From Lachnospiraceae bacterium (GTDB taxonomy: Bacteria > Bacillota > Clostridia > Lachnospirales > Lachnospiraceae), in contig JAFTAU010000038.1 in the NCBI GenBank assembly GCA_017455435.1, positions 2,284-66,283 of the forward strand: a stretch of 64,000 nt of DNA, read 5' to 3'. Below the pieces are notes generated by a model. That model was not told where the DNA came from and ran no database searches. It worked only from the letters and a program-made list of their open reading frames with translations. This document shows, in pieces, positions 56,583 to 64,000 of this stretch. Positions within the stretch are counted from its first letter, which is position 1. Each line of letters opens with the position of its first letter. A program made the position numbers and the translations under genes.

Positions 56583-56747
56583 ATGATATTCGGAATCAGT
56601 ATTCTTACATGGATTTATCTTTTAATCATTGTTTTTTTACTTGTATTCATTATCTGGAATATGATTACGGAAAAAGACGTTCTGCGTCAGATCGACGCGG
56701 CCCTTGTCATCATTCCGCTGTTGCTTCGGCTGTTCCTGGTGAAGTAA
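56583..56747 (+). CDS. Unlisted 54-aa two-TM membrane peptide
   Basis: TAAGGAGG RBS 6 nt upstream of the ATG at 56583. Translation is MIFGISILTWIYLLIIVFLLVFIIWNMITEKDVLRQIDAALVIIPLLLRLFLVK, with TAA at 56745-56747. It is tightly packed between the permease and the next gene and is too short for the 60-aa ORF track. Confidence 0.6.
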   Translation: MIFGISILTWIYLLIIVFLLVFIIWNMITEKDVLRQIDAALVIIPLLLRLFLVK

Positions 56748-56760
56748 GGAGGAAAAGGAC

Positions 56761-58179
56761 ATGACATTGGAAGTTAAGACAAAAACCCCCGTTAATTATA
56801 TTACAGCAGCAGTTCTTCTGATACTGTGCTGCGTTATGTTTTTCGTCCTGAAGGGTCAGTTTGAAACCATGAGCGAGCCGGAGCTTGTCTACTACGGAAA
56901 AAACTCCAGCGTAAAGGCTATTCATTGGCTTTCGGAGTGGAATCCCCGCCTGAAGGAAACCCGCGGAGGCGCCGGAGATACGCTCGTTTATGAGCTTCGC
57001 GGCGAAGAAGAGGGCGATACCATAATCATTTTCGGCGGAGTTCACGCTAACGAGCCCTCCGGCTCCGTAGCCGCCATATACATGGTTGAGAATCTTCATC
57101 CAAAGGCCGGCACCGTCTATATCCTCACGCATACCAACGCCGCGGGATATACCTGCACGGACCCCCAGGAAGCTTCTCCCATGTTCTATACCGTTGATAC
57201 CGGAGCCGGCGAAAGACAGTTCCGCTTTGGCTCGCGCGTATCAAACCCCATCTATCAGTGGCCGGATCCCGATATCTATGTTCACACCTCCGGACAAAAG
57301 CTGGCCGGCTCAGAGACCAGAAATCTGAACCGCTGCTACCCCGGCATAGAAGACGGCACCATCACGGAGCAGGTAGCCTACGCCCTTACTGAAATGGTAA
57401 AGGATCTGGACGCGGCCGTCACCATCGACCTGCACGAGGCCTCTCCCGAATACAAGACTATCAACACCACGGTTTTCCATTCGAGAGCCAATTCCATCAC
57501 CTCGGCCCGCGACTGGTACATCCCCGAAGACCTCGAGGACGCGGCTCACATGGGAGCGGAAGTCTCGCCTGAGAATTTCCGCGGCCTGTCGCACATCGAG
57601 CTCGGAACATGGACCGACACGCTGGCCATGCTGATGGAGACGTCCAATCCCTCTCAGGGACGCGAACACGGAAAGACCGGAACTGACCTTGTTGTAAACG
57701 GAATAGACAAGTTCTATCTGCGCAACAACCAGTCCGTGGGAATTCAGGACAAGAGATACGGCATCGAGGTCGATACCGGAGAGTTTGTCGATGAAGACAC
57801 CTTCGTAGCCGCGAATGATTCCTCGGCGGAAGAGATGACAGCTCTCGGCGCGCGTCCTCTTTCCATGCGCGTCGCCAGACACGTAATAGCGACGCTGGCT
57901 TATGCTCAGAGCTATACCGATTCTATCGGAACCGCACTTGAAGACGCTGCCGCGGCAGCCACCGAAGAAGACAGGCTCGCGATTTACGAAGAGGTCGGAA
58001 TCGGAAAATCCTCTCTTGACGGCAGTATTATCGCCGAAAGAAGAACCGGTATAATCGACCTGGGAGAACTGCCTTCGTACAGTGATCTCTGCGCCAATCT
58101 TTACAAATACCTCGCGCCTTCGGACGAGGTCGAGACCAGCGCGGACGTATTCGCGGGTACTTCTTCACTGATTAAATAA
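56761..58179 (+). CDS. Succinylglutamate desuccinylase/aspartoacylase (AstE/AspA, M14-like zinc hydrolase) family protein, N-terminally membrane-anchored
   Basis: TM anchor, then zinc-site motif IIIFGGVHANEPSG (H-x-x-E). 472 aa. TAAGGAGG RBS. Confidence 0.65.
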   Translation: MTLEVKTKTPVNYITAAVLLILCCVMFFVLKGQFETMSEPELVYYGKNSSVKAIHWLSEWNPRLKETRGGAGDTLVYELRGEEEGDTIIIFGGVHANEPSGSVAAIYMVENLHPKAGTVYILTHTNAAGYTCTDPQEASPMFYTVDTGAGERQFRFGSRVSNPIYQWPDPDIYVHTSGQKLAGSETRNLNRCYPGIEDGTITEQVAYALTEMVKDLDAAVTIDLHEASPEYKTINTTVFHSRANSITSARDWYIPEDLEDAAHMGAEVSPENFRGLSHIELGTWTDTLAMLMETSNPSQGREHGKTGTDLVVNGIDKFYLRNNQSVGIQDKRYGIEVDTGEFVDEDTFVAANDSSAEEMTALGARPLSMRVARHVIATLAYAQSYTDSIGTALEDAAAAATEEDRLAIYEEVGIGKSSLDGSIIAERRTGIIDLGELPSYSDLCANLYKYLAPSDEVETSADVFAGTSSLIK

Positions 58180-58191
58180 GGTGAATTATCT

Positions 58192-59121
58192 ATGAAACGT
58201 TTTACATTAATCATCATGACCGCCGCGCTCCTTTTTGCGGGGTGCGGCTCTTCGGGGGAGAGCACAGCGGGCGGGCAGTCCGCCGCGGAGCCTACGGATT
58301 TTTCGTACGCGCCTGTTACGGTTACCACGGGAACTACGGAATCCGCCGCCACCGATGAGGTCAGTCTCGAGGATCTGGCTATCGACCCGCCGTACTCCTT
58401 TAATCCCGACGAAATGCTGCCCTCGGACTTCGGCGATTATTTCAAGACGCAGTATAACAGCGTTACGAGCACATATAAGCTCCTCGCCGGCGACAGGTAC
58501 GAAAGTGAAGTCACAATGATTAAGAGCCCGGTCGACGGTCCATCGGTTTATGTGATTGCCGGAATACACGGAGACGAGGAAGCCGCGTGGCAGGCCGGAA
58601 AGCTTCTCAAAAAGATTTCCATAAAAGCCGGAACTCTCTATATCATTGCTCCCGCCAACAAATACGGCGCGGTATCACTTTCGCGCCTGATAGATTCAAA
58701 AGACCCTAACAGAGTCTGGCCGGGCGATAAAAACGGTAACGGAGCGGAAAAGGTTGCGGCCTCCATCTTCGCGGACGTAAAAGAAAAATCCCCGGATTTT
58801 GTTTTCGACCTGCATGAGGCGAGGATTATATCCGACGACAGAGACTTCCTCGGAAGTTCGCTGATCTACACGACGCTCGACGTATTCCCTGACGATTTGT
58901 TTATGGACATCATCGACGACGCTCAAAACGGTATTATCTGCAACCACAAACTAAACTCCTACTCGCCGGGACCTGCGGGCAGCGTAAATCGCACGATCAC
59001 CGAAAAGCTGGGAATCCCCACCTTTACCGTGGAAACCTTCAGAGGATATCAGATGGAGGACCGTATTCACGACCAGCTCGATATAGTAAACTGGGTACTG
59101 AAATTTTATGGCCTGGAATAA
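58192..59121 (+). CDS. AstE/AspA (M14-like zinc hydrolase) family lipoprotein
   Basis: Lipobox LFAGC. Motif VYVIAGIHGDEEAAW (H-x-x-E) and a downstream DLHE motif. 309 aa. Confidence 0.65.
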   Translation: MKRFTLIIMTAALLFAGCGSSGESTAGGQSAAEPTDFSYAPVTVTTGTTESAATDEVSLEDLAIDPPYSFNPDEMLPSDFGDYFKTQYNSVTSTYKLLAGDRYESEVTMIKSPVDGPSVYVIAGIHGDEEAAWQAGKLLKKISIKAGTLYIIAPANKYGAVSLSRLIDSKDPNRVWPGDKNGNGAEKVAASIFADVKEKSPDFVFDLHEARIISDDRDFLGSSLIYTTLDVFPDDLFMDIIDDAQNGIICNHKLNSYSPGPAGSVNRTITEKLGIPTFTVETFRGYQMEDRIHDQLDIVNWVLKFYGLE

Positions 59122-59124
59122 ACA

Positions 59125-60261
59125 GTGAAATATTTCATCATTATCAGCCTGATAATCATCATCGCGTGCCTGGCTGCCGAGGCAAAACTCGCGGCCGGGC
59201 ATCGCCGCGCTATAAAGCATGTTATTCACGTAAACGGAACCCGGGGCAAATCCGCGGTTTCGCGTCTGATTGCCGCTGGCTGCGCCGCCGGCGGTCTCAG
59301 AACATACTGCAAAACCACCGGCACCTTGCCGATGACTATTGACACAAACGGAAACGAAACCGAAATAAAACGTATCGGCAGAGCCAATATTTCCGAACAG
59401 ATAAAGATACTGAAAAAAGCGGCCGCGGACGGAGCCGAGGTTCTCGTGATAGAGTGTATGGCCGTAGACCCGGAATTGCAGCGCGTCTGCGAGAGAAAAA
59501 TCCTCCGCTCGGATATCGGCGTTATCACAAACGTACGAATAGACCACGTCGCGGAGATGGGAGAAACAATTCCCGAGGTATGCGAGGCTCTCTGCGAAAC
59601 TATTCCCGAAAACGGCATAGTTTTCACCGCGGACGAAAGGAGCTTTGACGCCATCAGAGAAAACGCCGGACCGCGGGGTAGCGAGGCGGTTCTCGTAAAT
59701 GAAACGCCGGAGGATACCCGGGAGTTCCTTTTCCCCGAAAATATCGCTCTGGCGCTGCGCGTCTGCGAATATCTCGGAATAGAGCGCCGGACTGCACTCG
59801 AAGGAATGAAAAAAGTCATTGCCGACCCCTATGAGGCAAAGAGGTATACGCTCCCGGGCGGGGCGGTTTTTGTCAACGCCATGTCGGCAAACGACCCGGA
59901 ATCCACGGGCATACTTCTTTCAAAATTCATAAACAAAAAATCTCCGGACGGGCGGCTGATTATCATTCAGAACAACAGGGCTGACAGAGCCTACCGCATA
60001 AAGCTGATGGCCGGGTTTGCAGCCGGAGCGGGAGCGGATGAGATATGGCAGCTCGGCTCCTATAGCGGGGCCGCCCGCAGGATTTTTGAAAAATCCGGTA
60101 TAAAAACAGAAAAGTTCAGACGCGCCGCGGAGCTGCCCCTCGCAAGGGTACGGTCGGGAGACCTGGTATTCGCCATCGGTAATATTGCCGATGAGGGAAT
60201 AAAGCTCATGAATCTGGTAGAGGGAAAGGAGGAAAGCCGAAAATGTACGGAGAAGTCATAA
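59125..60261 (+). CDS. pgsB: Poly-gamma-glutamate synthase, Mur-ligase-like subunit PgsB/CapB
   Basis: GTG start. N-terminal TM segment, then IHVNGTRGKSAV.RLI and ...NI.EQ.K......GA...V.ECMAV.PE.Q, closely paralleling Bacillus CapB (VNINGIRGKSTVTRL...NIGEQ...ECMAVNPDYQ). Confidence 0.85.
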   Translation: MKYFIIISLIIIIACLAAEAKLAAGHRRAIKHVIHVNGTRGKSAVSRLIAAGCAAGGLRTYCKTTGTLPMTIDTNGNETEIKRIGRANISEQIKILKKAAADGAEVLVIECMAVDPELQRVCERKILRSDIGVITNVRIDHVAEMGETIPEVCEALCETIPENGIVFTADERSFDAIRENAGPRGSEAVLVNETPEDTREFLFPENIALALRVCEYLGIERRTALEGMKKVIADPYEAKRYTLPGGAVFVNAMSANDPESTGILLSKFINKKSPDGRLIIIQNNRADRAYRIKLMAGFAAGAGADEIWQLGSYSGAARRIFEKSGIKTEKFRRAAELPLARVRSGDLVFAIGNIADEGIKLMNLVEGKEESRKCTEKS

Positions 60262-60671
60262 TAACAGGTATCATTGTCAGTATCGTTTTTTCGTATTTCA
60301 CGTCGCTTTCTCCTGCCGGGCTCATTGTACCCGGGTATATTGCGCTGAATATAGGCTCCCCGATCAAGATACTTTTGACCTTTGCCGTGGCTTTTATCAC
60401 GTTGGGCATATACAAGATTATTTCACGCTTTACCATTCTGTACGGGCAGAGACGTTTTGCCCTGTTGGTAATCATTTCAATCTGCGTAAGCTGGCTTGTG
60501 ACGCTGCTTCCATTGCCTGTCGCCAATGTCAGCGTGATTGGATACCTGATTCCCGGGATTATCGCAAAGGACTGCGAGAGGCAGGGAATACTCAAAACCG
60601 TCCTGTCGCTGGCGGCAGCGGCCGGAATTACTGTTCTGATTTGCCTGCTGCTGGGAGCCAAATTACTCTGA
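60243..60671 (+). CDS. pgsC: Poly-gamma-glutamate synthesis membrane protein PgsC/CapC
   Basis: 142-aa, 4-TM protein with motifs G.IVPGYIAL and GY.IPG.IA, as in CapC. AAGGAGG RBS. Overlaps the pgsB 3' end. Confidence 0.85.
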   Translation: MYGEVIITGIIVSIVFSYFTSLSPAGLIVPGYIALNIGSPIKILLTFAVAFITLGIYKIISRFTILYGQRRFALLVIISICVSWLVTLLPLPVANVSVIGYLIPGIIAKDCERQGILKTVLSLAAAAGITVLICLLLGAKLL

Positions 60672-61741
60672 TGGTAATCAAAAAACGGGAAAAAAGAATC
60701 CGGGTAATGCTGCTTTTGATGCTGCTCGTTACGGCGTCGGGGCTTTTGCTCGCTTATTTTACCTCGTCCGTGACTGAAAAGCCGCTGTATAATACGGCGG
60801 TAAACGCCGCCCGAAAAATGAGCGCCTGCATGGAAGAAATCGCGGCCGAAAAAGCGCGGCGCGGGATAGAAATTCCGCCGGAGGATATTTTTTCTACCGG
60901 TCTGATAGGAGAAGATTATAACGACATCACCACCACGAGCGGAGACCTCGCGGCAAAGCGCACGAGCGCGAATCCCGATATGGCGTCCATGATGGTCTTT
61001 ATGCTGGATGAAGCCGGCATAAAGGCCGGAGACACTGTCGGCTGCAATTTCTCCGGGTCGTTCCCGGCACTTAATATTGCCACTGTCTGCGCCTGCGATG
61101 CGATGGGAGTCAGGGTCGTTTATATCTGCGCCTGCGGCGCTTCTACATGGGGAGCAAACAATCCCGGTCTTTCATTTCCGGAAATGGCGGACGTTTTGTA
61201 CAAAAAAAACCTGATATCCGCTCCGCCGGTTCTGGTAACCCCGGGCGGAGGCAAGGACACCGGCAGCGGCCTTGATCCGGAGCTGTTTTCGGAGGTCTGG
61301 GAGAGGGCGGAGGCTCTCGGCTATCCCACGCTCACGGAAGAGGATTTTGAAAAAAACGTGCTTGCCAGAAAGGCGGTGCTGGACGCGTATGATATTGACT
61401 GTTTTGTCGCGGTGGGAGGGCACCTGGCGTCTCTCGGACGCGGAGATGTGGTCTATCTGCTGGGTCAGGGCATAATTCGAGAGGAAGTAGGTTTTACAAA
61501 TGAAAAAAGCGGACTGGTCGAAAGGTACTTAAATGGAGGCACTCCCACCATCCTTCTTCTCAATATCAAAAAGCTTGCGGCGGACTACGGACTGCCCTTT
61601 GATCCGGTAAAACAGGCAGAGGTCGGAACAGCCGGATTGTACTATGAAAAGACGTATAACAAGGCGGTTCTGATAACAGCCCCGGCGGCCTTTTTGTGCC
61701 TGCTTATTTTATTTAAAAAACCGCATAAAAAGAGCGAATAA
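60671..61741 (+). CDS. Third poly-gamma-glutamate system component, not PgsA-like; bitopic protein with a large extracytoplasmic domain
   Basis: ATG at 60671 overlaps the pgsC stop (translational coupling). TM segments at the N- and C-termini. Assigned by position only. It may correspond to the TIGRFAM 'poly-gamma-glutamate system protein' class found where PgsA is absent. Confidence 0.45.
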   Translation: MVIKKREKRIRVMLLLMLLVTASGLLLAYFTSSVTEKPLYNTAVNAARKMSACMEEIAAEKARRGIEIPPEDIFSTGLIGEDYNDITTTSGDLAAKRTSANPDMASMMVFMLDEAGIKAGDTVGCNFSGSFPALNIATVCACDAMGVRVVYICACGASTWGANNPGLSFPEMADVLYKKNLISAPPVLVTPGGGKDTGSGLDPELFSEVWERAEALGYPTLTEEDFEKNVLARKAVLDAYDIDCFVAVGGHLASLGRGDVVYLLGQGIIREEVGFTNEKSGLVERYLNGGTPTILLLNIKKLAADYGLPFDPVKQAEVGTAGLYYEKTYNKAVLITAPAAFLCLLILFKKPHKKSE

Positions 61742-61860
61742 AATAACATAAAACGTCATAGAAATGTTGAAAAATAAGCAAATAAAATATAGAAACAAAG
61801 TGCCCTTTTTGCTATAATAATGCTGGATTGGGATATTGTCTAATAATAGGAGAATAAACT

Positions 61861-64000
61861 ATGGCAGAACAAGAAAAGAATAAGAAAAAGAAAGGCTGGT
61901 TATTCCTGCTTCTCGGAATTATTCTGGCGGCAGGCGTTGCCACTGTCCTTGCTTTGACTCTGGGAAAAAACAATCCCGGTCCCGGCGGCCCGGGTGATGA
62001 CCTTCAGAGGTCAGCAGAGGAAATTGCTCTTGCCGAAAAGCTCGCGGCCGAGGGCAGCGACACCATCTCTATAGATCACGACATAGAGATAGTCGGTACG
62101 CTCGTCGTTTTCGGGGACAAGACCCTTACCGGAAACGGACGTATTATCTCAAAAGGCTCCGGAGAGTACGTCATCACTCTCGGCGAGGGGGCTGTGCTAA
62201 ACCTCGACGGCCCTTCTGTAGAGAGCGAAGAAGGCGGTGCCACGAACGGCATCTACGTTTCGGAGACCGCGTCATTTAATCTGCTTTCAGGCAGTGTCAG
62301 AAATCTGGTCGGACACGGCGTCCGCAATCTCGGCGCTGCCCGTATTCTGGGCGGAACGATTTCAGAAGTCGGTACAAACTGGCTCATGGTCGATTCCGGT
62401 TCTACAGTAGAGATGAAGGCCGGCACATTCTCTGATGCCGGAGAGGCCGGAGTTCTGATTGGCTCCAGCGCCACGTTCACATACGGCGGAGAAGCTGTTA
62501 TGGACGGCTCCGTAGACAACCTGGTCTACAACCTCGGAACCTTTACCGCCGATGGCGGAAAGTTCCTCGGAAATCTTGATTATGCACTTTACAACAACGG
62601 CATCATGGACATCAAAAACGTCGTCTTCGAAGAGTCCGAGATTCTCGGTCCGATTCACAACGGAGAGGACGGAGTCATGACCGTTTCGTCCGTCACCATG
62701 AAGGACAGCGAGACGGACTTTATTTTCAACGAAGGAGACCTGACCCTCACCGACGTAACATTCGGCAACTGCAACAACCAGGCCATTGAGTGCGCCTACG
62801 GCAATATCAGGATGCAAAACATCACTGCCGGAAAGATAGGCGGGAACTTCCTTCTCAGCCGCAAATCAAAGGCTGTCATCGAGAATCTTACCATAGAGAC
62901 CGTTGGCTCGGATATCGTTTACAACCGCGCCAGCGACCTTCAGTTAAAGACTCTCAGATGCGGCGATGTGGGCGGCAGCGCCTTCTTTAACGATTTCCTT
63001 ACTTCCAAATCCACTGCCGGAGCCGGTGACGTCACTATTGAGGACTTTGAAATAGGTCACGTCATGGTAAACGGCATCCGCTCAAATGGCGGAAAAGTTC
63101 TCTTAAAGGACGGCGTCTTTGATATCTGCGACGGACACGGCGCTTACGCCAAGGACGGCGAGTTTACATGCGACAGCGTCACCTTCAAGGGCTCGGCGGT
63201 AGGCAGAGCCGTCGTTCTGGTAGGCTACAACACCAACACCGAAACAGTGGCCGTCTTCCGCAACACCACCATTACCGGCGGCGCGAGAGGACTCCAAAAT
63301 CACGCTATAGTCACGTGGGAGTCCGGAACCATCTACGGCAACAAATCCTCCGGAAAAATCAATATCGGAGCCGGCGTCAAAAACTCCGGACAGTTCACCA
63401 TGCTGGGCGGAACCATCCGCGACAACCGCGCAAAATCCAGCGGCGGCGGCATTTACAATGAAGGAACTCTCATTGTAAAGGGCGGCACTATCAAAAACAA
63501 TTCATCCGAACAGTCCGGCGGCGGTATCAGAAACTCCGTCAAGGGTACGGTCAAAGTCTCCGGCGGATTGATTTACAACAACACCGCGAAGAGCTACGGC
63601 GGCGGCATTGCCAGCGCCGGAAGGCTCACCTTCTCCGGCGGCACGGTTTCTTACAATTCGTGCGCCAAGAGCGGCGGCGGTATCGCTATCACGGGCGACA
63701 CCACCGGAAAACAGAAGGGCGCGGGCGTCGGATATCTCACCGGCGGTACCGTAAAGAACAACAAATCCACCGCTTCGGGCGGCGGCGTATATCTCGGCTC
63801 ATCCGCTCAGTACGGCTCGCTGGAAGGCGTCAAGATTAAGAATAACAAGACCTCCGACAATACGTCCGGCGGCGGCGTCTCGTCCCTCAGCAAGCTCTAT
63901 ATCTACAAGGGTACCGTAATCACCGGCAACAAGTCCGGCACCTACGGCGGCGGTGTCTATAACAGCATCACCAAAGACGGCACAAAGCACGGCACTATGT
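61861..64000 (+). CDS. 5' part (>713 aa) of a large membrane-anchored right-handed beta-helix surface protein with Pmp-like GGG(I/V) repeats; continues beyond the window
   Basis: Not in the ORF track because no stop lies inside the window. I translated it by hand: ATG at 61861 after AGGAG, then MAEQEKNKKKKGWLFLLLGIILAAGVATVLAL (signal anchor), open to base 64000. At least seven S/Y-GGG-I/V motifs at ~25-aa spacing lie between ~63430 and 63960. Confidence 0.7.
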   Translation, partial: MAEQEKNKKKKGWLFLLLGIILAAGVATVLALTLGKNNPGPGGPGDDLQRSAEEIALAEKLAAEGSDTISIDHDIEIVGTLVVFGDKTLTGNGRIISKGSGEYVITLGEGAVLNLDGPSVESEEGGATNGIYVSETASFNLLSGSVRNLVGHGVRNLGAARILGGTISEVGTNWLMVDSGSTVEMKAGTFSDAGEAGVLIGSSATFTYGGEAVMDGSVDNLVYNLGTFTADGGKFLGNLDYALYNNGIMDIKNVVFEESEILGPIHNGEDGVMTVSSVTMKDSETDFIFNEGDLTLTDVTFGNCNNQAIECAYGNIRMQNITAGKIGGNFLLSRKSKAVIENLTIETVGSDIVYNRASDLQLKTLRCGDVGGSAFFNDFLTSKSTAGAGDVTIEDFEIGHVMVNGIRSNGGKVLLKDGVFDICDGHGAYAKDGEFTCDSVTFKGSAVGRAVVLVGYNTNTETVAVFRNTTITGGARGLQNHAIVTWESGTIYGNKSSGKINIGAGVKNSGQFTMLGGTIRDNRAKSSGGGIYNEGTLIVKGGTIKNNSSEQSGGGIRNSVKGTVKVSGGLIYNNTAKSYGGGIASAGRLTFSGGTVSYNSCAKSGGGIAITGDTTGKQKGAGVGYLTGGTVKNNKSTASGGGVYLGSSAQYGSLEGVKIKNNKTSDNTSGGGVSSLSKLYIYKGTVITGNKSGTYGGGVYNSITKDGTKHGTM

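Overview
The window is a 64-kb chromosomal segment from a Gram-positive anaerobe, probably Clostridia. Support for this: GGAGG ribosome-binding sites, ComEA/ComEC, a GerMN lipoprotein, SigA, and roughly mid-50s % GC by eye. Coding density is high and most genes are recognisable.

Gene content in order:
- 1-8.7 kb: a DeoR-controlled phosphosugar or aminosugar catabolic cluster with an unusual enzyme mix.
- 9.2-12.6 kb: rhaD-rhaB-rhaA.
- 12.7-18.2 kb: pta, thrC, then an envelope trio (VanZ, flippase-like protein, GT4).
- 19.1-26.5 kb: comB-like phosphatase, an NhaC-type antiporter, and a TetR-MMPL-YhgE/Pip module.
- 26.8-32.6 kb: icd, a CitX-CitG fusion, yggS, Lrp, an AEC permease and a hypothetical membrane protein.
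- 32.7-42.4 kb: a GntR-ABC module, rlmH, comEA, a two-component system with a GerMN lipoprotein, and comEC.
- 42.5-49.1 kb: a liv-type ABC system, a cytidylate-kinase-like gene and rpoD.
- 49.3-50.3 kb: an AT-rich rhuM cassette.
- 50.4-61.7 kb: a gamma-glutamyl / poly-gamma-glutamate island.
- 61.9 kb to the window end: the start of a large beta-helix surface protein that the ORF track does not list.

Most interesting observations:
1. A strictly 62-bp-periodic array of six 37-nt hairpin repeats with unique 25-26-nt spacers lies in a 935-bp gene-free region (18.4-18.8 kb). The layout is CRISPR-like, but the repeats are degenerate and no cas genes are in the window.
2. A ~400-bp GC-rich non-coding element (8715-9117) is closed by 24-nt inverted termini and contains two further long imperfect stems. 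It could be a MITE or a large structured RNA.
3. The gamma-glutamyl island combines two GGT paralogues (one killed by a single in-frame TAA), an atypical lipoprotein + DctM-like permease + 54-aa membrane peptide set, two AstE/AspA (M14-like) zinc hydrolases, and pgsB-pgsC plus a non-PgsA third component.
4. The rhuM cassette is bracketed by 30-bp direct repeats of a hairpin. A related hairpin sits after an unrelated gene 31 kb away.

All functional calls rest on motif-level recognition of the translated ORFs. No database search was run.
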